Assembly: GCA_054600435.1 (NCBI GenBank)
Contig: BAAIJX010000039.1
Coordinates: 62,001 to 126,000, forward strand
DNA length: 64,000 bases
Source of the DNA: Neophaeotheca triangularis
Taxonomy: Eukaryota
Direction: 5' to 3'
Under the pieces are notes generated by a model. It was not told the origin of the DNA. It saw only the letters and a list, made by a program, of their open reading frames with translations, and did not search any database. Position 1 is the stretch's first letter; each line of letters starts with the position of its first letter. The translations under genes were made by a program, and so were the position numbers. Positions 25,373 to 38,748 of the stretch are shown here, one piece after another.

Positions 25373-26200
25373 GTTGCGTGGTGGGGGGAAGGTGAAAGAG
25401 TGAGACGGTGGAGATGGAAAATGGAAATGGAGATTTCGGGCTCGTTATTATCATTATTCTCGGGTTTGTGGTCAATAGCATAGCAGCATCTTCGCGGTTT
25501 AGTTTTGAGCGTGAGCGTTGGAGCTGGTTGAGCGGGGCGTTTCTTTCGAGTTTCTTCGTTGGTAGCTGAGGGTTGCTTTCCATTGGCATGATGAGCAGGC
25601 ATATGGCTGTATTCTTGAAACTTTCCATATCGATATCAATAACAGCTGATTGTCGCCTTCCTACTGGGAGATTGACGACATGACGAGTTGGCAACGTTAG
25701 TAGACGTCGGCCTTGATTCGTGAAGGAACGTTAACGGGTGTCGGACGGGACTATGGACATTCGCTCTTCCCGAAACCCCGTGATGGCGAATTATGAGGCT
25801 GGGGATCGAGGTGATCGAGGTGATGATGATGTAAGTAATAGTACAACAACGTACCTAATCCAGGGCAGTATCTGTGCGCGTGCCCTTGCTGTCCTGTCGT
25901 CGTGTCGTCGTGTCGTCGGATCCAGCATCACCTCCATCCGTGTCCACTTGGGCCATCATCTCTTTAGCCTTCTCGGCCTGCGGTTCTTCGCTGCTTCCGA
26001 GAGGGCGAAAAGTGATATCAATCTATAACACTAGGTAATTTAATATAACATTGAAGAACGTTCGTTTTCTCTCAAGGAAGTGCAAGACTGTCACTTTCTA
26101 TTATTTATACATACATTGCCTCCCATCTCGCAACCACCATCTTGCTCTCTTTTCCTTTCCTAAGCTTCAATCCCTCAAGTCCAAAGCGGTGTCAAGAAGA

Positions 26201-26989
26201 ATGAAGTTTTCATTGCTTTCACTAGCCCTCATGGGCTCGGCCGTCCTGGCTACGAAAGATCACGGTAGCATTGACGCAGAACCACCGTCACAACCGGAAG
26301 ACCCCTAACATGTTCAAGGCCCCCACCACCGCCACGACGACGAGTGTATCGACAGCATCGGCGCTCCAAACGGCACCGCGTTGGACTACTACAGTCTCGC
26401 AGACGAACGAGCATTCCGCGGCCTCACGTACAAGTGGACGATTGCGTGGGATCGGAAGGTGCGTTCGCTGCCTGCTCGTTGTTCTGCTGCTTCCTGTCAA
26501 AACTGATTCACGTCGACATAGGACTTGGCGACATGGCTGTCCATAACCGCGCCTCAAGTCGTGGCGGATTATAGCGATTACCCAGCCGTCGGAACTTTTA
26601 TAACCGCGAGCCCGGGGCAGATTTTCAACGGCTCCTTTACTGTTACGGGTCTTGGGGATGAGAGACGTGAGTACCATCTTTCCTTGAAACCAAACGAATG
26701 CCAGTTTTGAGATTGACAATGGGTTGGTCGATCAGTGGGCACGCAACACCTCCTCGGCGCCTCTCTGTTCACTCGTACCAATTCCACCCAAGCCAAAGGG
26801 GACTGGCAGGTCCGGGCCCGCCATGTCAGGACGCTGGCGAATGGCACCGAGGCGCAGTGGGATTCCAGCTCGAGCGTCGAGTTTCTCTATCAGATTGTCG
26901 AGGGCGCTTGGAAGATTGGGGGCATCAGGCCTCATACTGTTACCGCTACTACGGGCAGGCCTGAGGATGTCATTGGCCAGTTCCCATGA
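26201..26989 (+). CDS. Secreted scytalone-dehydratase-like (NTF2/SnoaL fold) protein, 200 aa; exons 26201-26264, 26319-26458, 26522-26666, 26736-26989
   Basis: Exons total 603 nt in one frame; signal peptide MKFSLLSLALMGSAVLA; WxxxWDRKD...AP.V..DY...LGTQHLLG...QVRARH...GAWKIGGIRP follows the scytalone dehydratase pattern. Confidence 0.8.
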
Positions 26990-28140
26990 TGGATCTTCGG
27001 GCCGGAGGTAGGGGATGGAAGGGGAGTGCTTTGGTGAAGAGGTTGTCGCATCTGCTGTCTAGTGTTGCGCGACGGCTCGCCAGGCTATCCCAGCGATCGG
27101 TTCATTTCACAGTGTTTAGATAGCACTATGCGTGGAAACAGAATCAAAAGGATTTAAAACCCCCTCGGTACAAGTGCAGCGCTTGCGCATCAATGGCAAA
27201 GTCGTACTCAACAGGAGATCAATCACGCGGCAGCACAACCCAACAGACCCTATCCAATACTTCGCAGCCAGCTTACAGACGTTTGACTTGAGCAAAGGAA
27301 GTCCTCACCCCGCTCCTCGTCCTCGAAGCAGCCAGGTGCCAACCCACTCCCACGAGCGAAGCGTAGCATCTTGACCTCTTCGCCACCGTCTCCGCCCACG
27401 CGATCGAAACGGGTAGAAGGACCAACAGCGCCCCCTTCCCTGACGAGCTGAACCAGTACCGATGCAAGCAGACCGCACCAAAGTCTAAAGGGTTAAAACC
27501 CCAGGCGTCCATCTCGTCAATAGTGCCTCGAGGGCCGTGAGCTTCCTCCCAACGCTTGGGCTAGAAGTGCTACGCTTGCTGGTGTGGGTTAGAGGTCGTT
27601 TGAGCATTTGTGTGCTTCTTGACGGGAGGGTACGAGGCGATAGTCGAGGGAAGGGAGGTGGTGTCGTGCCCTGTTTCATAGTTCAGTGGCTAGGGATGTG
27701 TGGTTATGGCTACCTTGTATGTCACGATTTGGAACCTGGGGCCTTTGTGTTGAAAGTTGAGAGGGTTTGCTGAAGATTAGTGGGGATGGCCGTCCGATAT
27801 AGTCTTGGGTCGAATAGCTAGCTCCTCTAGAGTTGAGACTGGCCGTGATCAGTCGTTCAGTGGTTCATGCATACCATCTGGGGGAACACATGTTGGCCTG
27901 TAGTCGTGTGCCATGCACCCGACTCACGTCTTTCCGATCACGAAATCTAGTGGTAAAAGCTGCTGCATCAAGACATGATTTCGGCGGGCAGGTTAGTTGC
28001 ATTCGGGCAAAGCTACAGACAGCCTCTAGTTGAGCTCTCGCATCCACAAAAACAAACACCCCGGCCCAGCCTACGAAAAAAGGATTTCGCTCCATTCGTC
28101 GAAAGTTACGCCAGCCCCCCGAGGAAGTGATAGATATCCC

Positions 28141-29039
28141 TTACTCCTCAATGTTGCCGCGCTCGCTGACGTACAGACCGTCCAAGAACTTTCGGATATC
28201 CTTGTTCCTCACCCTGCACACCTGCTGGATATCGGCCGCCGACTGGGAAACGTGCTCGAGCGAGTTGCCCGTCAGTTGCAGCTCGTCTTTCTGGTTCTTG
28301 CTCGCCTCGACGTCGACGCCCGGTTGCATGGTCACGTTGCGGACGACCTTCTCGCCGAGGAAGTTCCTGTGGGGGAAAAGTGTCCATGGTCAGCTTTCGA
28401 CTGTCCTGTTGTGGTGCATGCCCAGTAGACCTCGCGATTTCTTGCCCCAGCCCAGCATGTCCAACCGCCTCTTTTCAAGTCCACTCTACCCCTTCCTCCC
28501 GATAGCAGTAAAACAGCATGTTAAAACCTACCTGATCTCAACATCCCACAGCCCAGTCTCAGCGTTCTTGTTCAAGTTGACGTTGATGGGGAAATGTGCG
28601 TAGACGTAGCGCATCTTGTACTTGTAGCCCTTGGTGACGCCGGTGATGAGGTTGAGGATGATGGTGCGGACGGTGCGGAGCGCGGCCACGTTCTTGCGCG
28701 CGCCGTGGTGCATCTCGATGTTGATGACATTCTTGGCCGGGTGCGTGAAGCTGACGGACAGGTGGGACAGGTCCTTGACGAGCTTGCCGCGAGGGCCCTC
28801 GACGGTCACGACGCGGGTCTTGATGTGGACCTTGACTGTTTGGAGCGGAAAGAGAAGTGGTTAGTTTTCAATGGTCTCCTTTTGGCATTCTGCGTATGTG
28901 CCCTGCGAGTGCTATTTTCTTTTCTTCCTGTAATTCCCTCCAGTTCGCTTTCGCTTTCACTCTCATCGGGCGGACTGGGTCGGTCAGACATACCTCCCTC
29001 GGGAACGGTCAGAGACTCCTGCGAGTGGATGTAGCGCAT
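28141..29039 (-). CDS. RPL9: 60S ribosomal protein L9 (uL6); exons 29039-28994, 28835-28532, 28366-28141
   Basis: [25 protein letters not shown]...[15 protein letters not shown]...RNFLGEK...[14 protein letters not shown]. Confidence 0.98.
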
Positions 29040-29643
29040 CTTGTCGGTGTTTGGGCGGGTATCTGGTTGTCGAGAGGCGGCGGCACGCTTTTTGGTGATG
29101 CTGCTGTAGTTCGAAATCCGACTGAAGGTGTGTTAAATCTTGGCACCCAAGGCAGGTTAGCGCGAGAAGTTTTACCGATTCCGAAATCACGTGATTGCAC
29201 TTGCACCACTCTAGATTCGTGCAGAGATACGACGACGAAACTGGCAATGTTTTCGGATTTGCGCGAAGTTACGTTCAATCGGAGAGGTACTTCAGATCAT
29301 GTTCAAGCGTTCTGATGAGCTATAGTCGCAACTACTAGTAAGAAAGCTCATCTACACATATCTTCATGCTGTACCACCTATGCCCCGGGCCCCATCCCAA
29401 GGCCTGGCAGACAAGACGCCTCGCTAAGGTGTGAATATGCAACACGAAACTCTCCCTTGACACCGTCCTCTTTACAGGGGACCCCCTCTCCCCTCTTCGC
29501 CGACTTTCGGCAAAGCAATACAAGCCTTTGGAGCGATGAATCCATTCACAGCCATGCTTCCTCATCCATACACAGTGGTATACCACCTGAGCATGCTTTT
29601 AGAAAAACTCCCTATGTCGAATGTAAGCAATCGCGTCAAAGCA

Positions 29644-32600
29644 CTACTTCTCCGCCTTGACCTCCGGACTCTGCTTCGAACCTTCCCGCTTCAGCTCACT
29701 AGACTCGCGTTTGAGATCTGGCGCCAGAGGGTCGCGCTTGAAATCCGGCAACTTCCTGCTTTCGAAGAGTGGTGTGGATCGTACATGCGTAGACGAACCA
29801 TTGGGCGTGCCAGAGCCTGGGCGTTGCGTCTCGCTGCCGGGTCTGGGTAGTTGAGCGCCTGGTGAGGCGGCCCCAGCTGAAGGCTTATCTTTCGATGGGG
29901 GCGGAGCGGCCACGGCGGCCTTGGGGTCCTTGCCGGAGAGCTTGGCGTACATGGCCTTGAGCTTGGTGCCTGTGACTTGCTGCTCGACCTTCTTCGAGCC
30001 TGGCCAGTAGCTATGTGCGATTTCATCCCAGATCTTGTCCTCTAGTGGCGAGGAATAGCGGTGCTCACGGACTGCGCCGACGATCCGATTGCCAATGCCG
30101 ATAAGACAGGTCTTGATGGTCTTGAGGCGAGCGTCATCGTCTTGCATGTGCTTCTTGGTGGCCTTCTGGACTTTGAGAAGGAGATGGCCGACCGGGTCAA
30201 GAACGCGCTTGACGCGGCGCTCATCATCTGTGAGCTTCACGTCGCCGTTTGTGCCGTGGGGTGAGGCTGGCTTGCGGTAACCGTTGGGCGAACCATGGCC
30301 AGGGCGGCCGTCGCGGCTTATGCTGCCTCTGATGTCGGACTGATGGAAGTTTCTACCTTTCATCGCACCTGGAGCTGGGCTAGCTGAGTTCGTGGGTGTG
30401 TTGAAGCCGCGTCCGTGGAATTGGCCCATATGTTTGCGGTTGTTCCGGTGATGGTTCTCCAAAGCACGCTTGGCGGCGATGTTGGTTCCATTGCTTGTCT
30501 TGTCCTTAAGGACACTAAGGAGATAATTGGCGCGGCGTACGAGATGTACAGCTCCGGGGGATTTCGCTGTCTTGTCTTCGGCTTTGGTGCGCTCCTCCTT
30601 CTTGTCCACGCGGTGCTCTTCGAGGAAGAACTTGTCGGAAAGCCCAAGTTCCTCATCGTCCCTGATAGCAACCCATGCACCGTAGCCATGGCGCGCGATC
30701 CCGACACAAAGCATGCCATCTTCGCGGGCACCCCATGGACAGGTATAGGTGGCAGGCTTGGACGCCTCTGGGACACGGAAGTTGCGCCAATCAGAAACCT
30801 GCTCAACAACATCCCGAACCATGCGCAGCTCGATCGGCCGCTCCCTGATTGTCTCGGCATTGAGACGCTTGACCCCGCGAAAGTCGAAGAGCACAGCTTT
30901 GCGGTCTTTCTTGGTCACCGACTTCTGAGTAGTGCGTTCAATCTCAGCAACACGATCATCCTCCTCTTTGAGTAGGCGAAGACTGGTATCAATCACTTCC
31001 TGAAGGGTACTCTTGATGACATCGACATCACGGCCGATGAGTCTCGCCTCGCGGATGACGTCGTCTTGCCTTTCCTCGATATTCCCGTACCTTTCGTGGG
31101 CGCGGATGAGATTGCGACACTCCTTTTCATTGAGAGGTCTCTTCGGGTCTCGGTTCTTCTCTGCGCGCTGGTTTGAAGGCCCGGCTTCCGAGTCACTTGA
31201 CGACTCGCCTCCTGCAGCAGCTTCGGCTGCCAAATCGCGCGCCCTCTTCTTGGCGGCCCGCTGCGCTCTGGCTTCCTCGGCGTCGTCTGGTGCTCTGCCG
31301 CGCTTGCGGGGTTGGTTCTCCTCGATCACAGATTCCAAGTACTTTTCTTCGTCTTTCTTGCGCTCCTCCTCGCGGATCTTCTCAAGATGCTCCTTGGGGA
31401 TGATTTGATCCCACTCGAGGTCGGGGTCCAGCTTGACGTCGGTGTACTCGAAACTCTTCAAAAATTCCTCACCACCGTCCGTGGTGATGCCTTCTGGCTG
31501 TTCTGTGCGATGCTCTTCAGCGTTCTCGAGAACAGCATCAATGTCGAGTTCTTCCAGCTTCTTCTGATTGTTTGATTGCTCGAACATCTTCTGGCCACGT
31601 TTCTTGAGAATGCGCGAGATGTCGTCGGAAGAGGTTGGCTCGGTGACATTCGCACCAGCACGAGCCATACGGTCCCCAAGGTCCTTGGCCTCTCGGTCAG
31701 TGACACCCCGTTGGATCGTAATGTACTCAAGCATCAGTTTGTTGCGTGCACGCTCAAGGATCTCTTCTTCGACAGTGTCTTTCGACACTAGGCGATAGAT
31801 TGTGACTGGGTTCTTCTGCCCGATACGATGAGCGCGGGCCATGGCCTGCAAATCGGCCTGTGGATTCCAATCCGAGTCAAAGAGGATGACCGTGTCCGCA
31901 GTCATCAAGTTGATACCCAAGCCACCGGCACGCGTAGACAGAAGAAAGCAGAAGTCCAGACTGTCTGCTGCGTTGAAGTGATCAATGGCCATGCGTCGTG
32001 GTCCCGAAGCAATGGTGCCGTCGAGGCGCTGGTGTTGATGCCCACGCACGTGCAAGTAGTCACTGAGGAGATCCAGCATCTTGACCATCTGACTGAAGAT
32101 GAGTACACGGTGGCCGTCCTTCTTGAGCTTAGTCAACAATCTGTCAAGCAACATCATCTTGCCGCTGGACGTGATGAGGGCCTTGAGCATCTCTTCACGG
32201 CTGTCGTTGCCGGCCAATATGCGCTCTTCAGCGTTGGGGAACATGAATGGGTGGTTGCTGGCCTTCTTGAGCTCCATCATGATGTTGAGTAGCGATTGCT
32301 TCTGCCCTTTTGCGCCAGCATTGAGCGCCGTGTAGTTTCGGGTGAGGATGTTTTTGTAATACTCCAGCTGAACGTCGGAAAGCTCGACACGAATAATCTT
32401 TTCCGTCTTCGGTGGCAGATCATTCTCGACCTTTTGCTTGGTTCTACGAATCATGTAGGGTTGGATTGCGTCGGTGAGCTCTGCTAGCTTCTCACTTGCA
32501 CCTTCGGAAGCAAGGTCGAGGTCTTCGTCAACTACGATCTTGCCAGGCATGAGGAAGTCCATGAGTGCAGACAGCTCGCTAATGTTGTTTTGCATGGGCG

Positions 32601-34615
32601 TTCCGGTTATGAGCAACCGACTGGGTGCGCCAAAACCCATCAACTTAGCATACAGCTGAGAGTCGCGGTTCTTCAAGCGATGAGCCTCGTCGACAGCCAT
32701 GAATTGCCACTTCAACTTGGAGAGAAAGTCTGAGTCGGCCAAGATGTACTCGTAGGTGGTGAGAAGCACGTTGAACTTGATCTTGTTGGGGTTGCCATCA
32801 ATGAGCAATTCATGCTCTTTGATGATTTTGCGAGCGGACTCTGAGCCGTTGTAGACAATGTAGTTGAGATCTGGCGTCCAAACATCGAAGGTGTCGGCCC
32901 ACGCCGGCATAGTCGACAGTGGTACCACGACGATGAAAGGGCCTTGCTGGCCACGTTCGTGCTTCAGCCAGCTCATGAAAGAGACAGTTTGAACAGTCTT
33001 GCCCAGACCCATCTCGTCGGCAAGGATGACATTGTTTCCCTTGCACCAGTGATGTGACAAGAAGTTGAGACCGTGAATCTGGAACTCGCGAAGCTGGCCA
33101 CCCTGGATGTAGTCCGGTTGCGTGTGGAAGGCCTTGTACTCGGTTCTTGTGGCGGGATTCGCCTCGCTCTTGCGAGATGTTGGGAGCTTGGAAGACCGGT
33201 CAAGGTAGCGATCAACCTCGGTTTGAGCCAGCTCGCTCACTAGGCTTGCTGGTTCCCACGTGCAAGAGTCGTACATGAGGCCCTTCCATTTCACGTAATA
33301 TTCCATCTCTTCGTCCCCCTCTCTTGCGCCGATGACGCGCTCGACTTTCATGTGCTCATTGAGAGTGTCGAGCTCTGTCTCTCGATCAAGGTTCCACTTC
33401 TCCCTCTCCTCAGGCGCCACGTCGTCCTCATGTGCCAATGCTTGCTCCACCTTGACCTTCTTGCGGAAATAGTTTTCAAGGCGCCGGAAGCCACGCAGAG
33501 ACGAGAGGTTCGCCCACTGTTCCCAGGTGGAATGGTAGTGAGCTTGTCCCTGCCATTTGATGTAGAATTCGTAGTCATGTTTGGTGGCTTCAGCAGGATC
33601 TGCAACGCCATCTCTCAACCTGTGGTTGAGTACCTGGTCAATACCAGCCGATGTGTCCTCTTCGACGTACTGGTAAGGTACGGTGTCGTCTTCGTCTTCT
33701 TCACTGAGGCCGTAGTCTTCCTCTTCGTTGTAATTGGTGACTTTGGCGGCACGACGCGTCGAGAATCGGACCTCACTGGTACTGGGAGTACCCTTGCTGG
33801 ACTGAACGGCCTGTAGTCTGCGGTGCTTCTTGGCGAATGTACGGCCGCGAGCACCTCCGTAAACGTCGTCTTCGTCCTCGTCAGAATCTGCTGAGGAAGC
33901 TCGAGCCGATGTTTGATTGGCGTTGCGCATGGCAGCTACACAAAAAGTTAGTTCATATGCGGTGCTAGAGAGTCCGTCACGACAACAACGGTACGCACCT
34001 GGTCGATTTGAGGCAGTCTTCTGACGCTTCCGTCGATTGCCGGTGTTAACAGCATCTTCGCCTTCGTCCTCGTCATCACTGCTAGGTACCTGAAAGTCGT
34101 TAGTACTGTTTGATCCAACTAAATGTCAAGTGTAAAGACCTACCACATTACGACTCTGGCGTGCCCGACCCTAAAGGTACTGCGTCAGTGATGTGATGTG
34201 TTTGACGCGCTGGAGAGATACGTACGCTTCGCCTCAGCCCATACAGCTCCGGGTTCTGCTTCATGTACTCGTCGTCGTCGACCTCTCCGGCCTTCCTCTT
34301 GCTCGACCGTTGCGAGTCGTCTGACCCTGACCTATCGTGTCGCATTCCACTTGCAGGTTCGGGTGATGGCGCCTCCTCGTCAAAATCTGCATCCTCCTCT
34401 CCAGCCGCATCGGCACTATCGCCCTCATCAGAAGTGGCCATGTCGTGCATAGCATCGTCTTCTGAGGCAGCGTTTTCGTCCTGTCTGGACTCAGTTGGTA
34501 GGGTGGTACTAATGTCGTTTACGTCGGAGAGATCGCTCTCGCTACGCGTCGGTTGGGGAGAAGGGTCGGCACCGTTGGCATCAAAGCCCAGAGCATAACC
34601 ATTGGCAGCAGACAT
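29644..34615 (-). CDS. CHD1: Chromodomain-helicase CHD1/Hrp3; exons 34615-34226, 34170-34144, 34089-33999, 33935-29644
   Basis: Two chromodomains (FYIKWQG, YYVKWKG), SNF2 ATPase (ILADEMGLGKT, DEAH, QAMARAHRIGQ), SANT/SLIDE-like region. Confidence 0.97.
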
Positions 34616-35706
34616 GTCGCTGGCAGGGTGTGGGTGGGTGGGTAAGGGTATGGGCCCCGCTGAAAGGTAGACTGTCAGCAATGTATCTTCCGCTGTGGTA
34701 GTCGCAGGCCCCCAAAATTCGGCAGGTGGACAGAAGACACGCACGCGACCAGATCCCCCACCAGAACGGTGTGGTTTGCTTCAAAGATTCAGGCTAGAGA
34801 ATGGCCGACCGTAAAATGCGGCCTCGTGATGCGATATCGATGGAGGACAGTGACGGGCGATGAAGGCGTTCCGGCGGCCTCTAGACGTGATAGAGCGCTG
34901 CTCCGATGACTGAAGAGCCCAAAGCAGTAGCCGCTTGAATTCCGACCGTCTTGGAAGTTGACAGTGATGATATATGGCTTGATATGAGGCGTGGTCGATG
35001 GCTGATTCTGCGACGCGGACGGGTGTCGAGCGGTCGAATGCGAGCGGTTCAATTGCAAAAGAACGAGAAGAGAGAATACTCACAGGCCATGTCGCGAAAA
35101 GGCCTCGGCGGCAGCAATATGGAAAGGTGGTGGGGTGTTGGGGTTGGGTGGTGAACGTGAGGTGGGTGTGTCGAGACGGGCGAAGTGTCGAACAGTCGGA
35201 CTGGAGATCACGCCTCGCACGGGAGGGCTTTGGCCGAAGCGAAGCCTGAGGACAGGAAGGGTCAAGGCTGCTTTGCCAAGCCGAGCGCCCAACCCTGACC
35301 CTAACATGAAGAAAGGCCCGACACACGCTTGACACCCGACGGACGGCACCCGGATTGGGCGTCTTTGACGATTCGCCTAAAGGTATCGATTGCCGACCGA
35401 AATTTACCCCACGAAAGAACCCCACCAATTGCAGCGGCGGCATTTCACACCCAGTTTACTGCTACTCACGTTCGACGTCGAAAAAGTGACTTACCTACTC
35501 AGTAACCTACCTTTCGCTGCCTCCCGTTTGTGAAGCATCGCTGCTGTCGACTTTGAGCTTCTTCTGTTCCACGCGCACCTGGACAGGAGTAGAGAGTGAA
35601 TCAGATTGCCTTTTGAGTCTTCTCCTCTCTCTCACGGCCGAGTCCAGCAGCACCAACAACGCTTCCTATTGTCTGTACAAGTCAAGACTAAGAAGCCGCC
35701 GCCAAC

Positions 35707-37818
35707 ATGGGTGACAAGTTGACTCGGTGAGTTGCTCTCTTTCACGTCGGGCATGAAAGGGTGCTGACATGAACTTCTAGTATTGCCATCGTCAACAGCG
35801 ACAAGTGCAAGCCTCGTACGTCGATTCTTACCGCCTTCACCGACTCTCAGGACCAGACTGACCCCTCCACCCTACAGGCAAATGTCGACAAGAATGCAAG
35901 AAATCTTGCCCCGTCGTCCGAACCGGCAAGTTCTGTATCGAAGTCGAGCCCACCTCCAAGATCGCCTTCATTAGCGAACGTCTTTGCATTGGTTGTGGTA
36001 TCTGCCCGAAGAAGTGTCCCTTTGACGCCATCAACATCATCAACTTGCCCACGAACCTCGAGACCCAAGTCTCTCACCGCTACTCCGCCAACAGCTTTAA
36101 GCTGCATCGTCTGCCTTTGCCACGGCCGGGACAGGTGCTGGGTCTTGTCGGAACCAACGGTATCGGAAAGAGTACTGCGTTGAAGATTTTGAGCGGGAAG
36201 TTGAAGCCGAATTTGGGAAGGCACGATAACCCACCAGACTGGGAGGAGATTTTGAAGTTCTACAGGGGTTCTGAGCTGCAGAGTAAGAGACTCGAGTGGA
36301 GATTTACCTACCGAGGGCTGTGGCTGACAGTGATGCAGACTACTTCACCAAAGTTCTCGAGGATGATCTGAAGGCCGTCACCAAGCCTCAATATGTCGAC
36401 CAAATCCCTAAAGCTATCAAGGGCACGAACCGCAAGGTCGGGTTCTTGATTGAGAACCGTTCCGAGGTTGGTGAGGATAGGACCAATGAAATCGCTGAGG
36501 CGCTTGGTAAGTAGGGATGTTGCGAAGCTGATAACCGAGCGCAATATGCTAATTGATGCAACAGAGCTGAAGCAAGTTTGGGACCGTGATGTCGACCTCC
36601 TCTCCGGAGGAGAACTGCAGCGTTTTGCCATTGCGATGGTCTGCGTTCAAAAGGCCGACGTGTAAGTTGTGTTCACCAACAGTTTCATCAAGTCTTATTA
36701 CTAACTTCCCTTTTAGCTACATGTTCGACGAGCCCTCCTCCTTCCTCGATGTGAAGCAACGTTTGGCGGCTGGTGCCATGATTCGCAGCCTTCTCGGACC
36801 CGACACCTACGTGATTGTCGTTGAGCACGATTTGTCCGTTTTGGACTACCTCTCAGACTTCATTTGTGTGCTCTACGGACGGCCAGCAGTCTACGGTGTC
36901 GTCACAGCCCCTTTCTCTGTTCGTGAAGGTATCAACATCTTCCTCGACGGAAACATCCCAACCGAGAATTTGCGTTTTAGAGAAGAAAGCTTGCAGTTCA
37001 GAATTGGTGATACTACTGACGACTTCATGATCGACCGGTCTCGTGGCTTCCAGTACCCAGCCATGCAGAAGACTCTTGGAGGTTTCCAGCTCAACATTGA
37101 AGGCGGACAATTCACCGACTCTGAAATTCTCGTCATGATGGGAGAGAACGGTACCGGTAAAACGACCTTCTGCCGTATGCTTGCCGGTGCCGAGAAGCCC
37201 GACGGCGGCCAGCAGGTCCCCCAGATGAACATCTCCATGAAGCCGCAAAAGATCACGCCTAAATTCACTGGAACCGTTCGTCAGCTCTTCTTCAAGAAGA
37301 TCAAGGGCGCCTTCATCAACCCGCAGTTTCAGACGGACGTCTACAAGCCGCTGAAGATGGATGACTTCATCGATCAAGAAGTCCAAAACCTTTCTGGTGG
37401 TGAATTGCAGCGTGTAGCCATCGTGCTCGCCCTCGGCCTACCAGCCGACATCTACCTCATCGACGAGCCATCGGCCTACCTCGACTCGGAGCAGCGCATC
37501 GTCGCCGCGCGCGTCATCAAGCGCTTCATCATGCACAGCAAGAAGACAGCCTTCGTCGTCGAGCACGACTTCATCATGGCCACCTACCTGGCAGACCGCG
37601 TGATTGTATTCGACGGTCAGCCTTCCGTCAAATCCCACGCCAACTCTCCCCAGTCCCTGCTCACAGGCTGCAACAAGTTCCTGAAGAACCTGGACGTCAC
37701 TTTCCGCCGCGACCCTAACACCTACCGCCCGCGTATCAACAAGGAGGGCAGCCAGCTCGACGCCGAGCAGAAGAGCAGCGGCAACTTCTTCTTCCTCGAC
37801 GAGGAGGACAAGTCCTGA
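35707..37818 (+). CDS. RLI1: ABCE1/Rli1 Fe-S ABC ATPase; five introns; divergent from CHD1
   Basis: [59 protein letters not shown] twice, GENGTGKT. Confidence 0.98.
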
Positions 37819-38748
37819 AAGGCGTCCCAGTGATCTGGTCGCATGGCCGTTGCGTGCTAGACTCGCGAAAGTCTAAGGGCACGCCGCGGGCGGCGGCGAA
37901 GCGCAGACGGGTCGTCAAGAGCGGGGCCGATGAGGCTCTGGAACAGGACGAGGCCGAGGACAAAGACGACGAGGAGCTCATTACCCTCCTCGCGTGTTCC
38001 CCATTCGTCACCGTGGTGCTCGCCGCACCCTGTTTTTGGAGCTCAACCTCTGTCTTTGGCGAAGACGCGGTTACGACTCATGGTGCACGACGGTACGACA
38101 CGCGTCCTGTTCTTCTTGAGGGGCTGCTCGCGATGTGTGATGATGCTCGTTCGGTGAGTGTACAGGACGAGGCGAGGTTCTGCTCGGCGAAAGAAGCTGC
38201 TAGTGGTCTGCTGGGAAAGAATACGCAAAGTTCGTGATGCCAGCTTAGTTTGAATAGTCTAACGGGCTTTAGTCCTTGCAATGCCATTCCCTCCTGCTTT
38301 GGAACTATCTCTGATGCTCCTGGGTCCGTCGTTATTTGTGAGCGAATCGTTGTCATTAGTATTTTGTCGACATGTTGCGTCTGTGGAATTGCGCGTTCTC
38401 TTATTCGAATTTTATAGCTTCCATTTTTCCACCTATTGTTTGACGTCGCCAGCTATCAGAGACGAAGGATCGGATCCCAAACCTCAGCGCACCCGGGAAC
38501 GAAGAAAACGACATGCTCGCGGTAGTACCGCTATCGTTACAGTTACAAGATCGATGTTTCCCCGTCTAATCGAAAAGTCGCCACCCCAAACTCTAACCCT
38601 ACGCCAAAGCTTCACAAACAAACGAGACATGTATGTACATACTACCTTCACACATGGCGAAAAAACATACCCACCCCGACCCTGGCACACACATAGACCC
38701 AAATAGCGTTCATATATACGCAACCCGACTCCAACCCAACGCCATCCC

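Noticed and set aside
34660..34790. Possible N-terminal extension of CHD1 via an upstream intron
   Set aside because: The upstream exon has an in-frame TAG and no ATG; best read as a 5'-UTR intron
35289..35305. CCAACCCTGACCCTAAC telomere-like repeat
   Set aside because: Under three degenerate units in a promoter; no support for a telomere or telomerase RNA template
37816..38237. Stop-codon readthrough or extra ORF after RLI1; cryptic PTS1 checked also for ADH, GST and PEX13
   Set aside because: No TGA-CTA context and no SKL-like end; a second stop follows RLI1 within four codons
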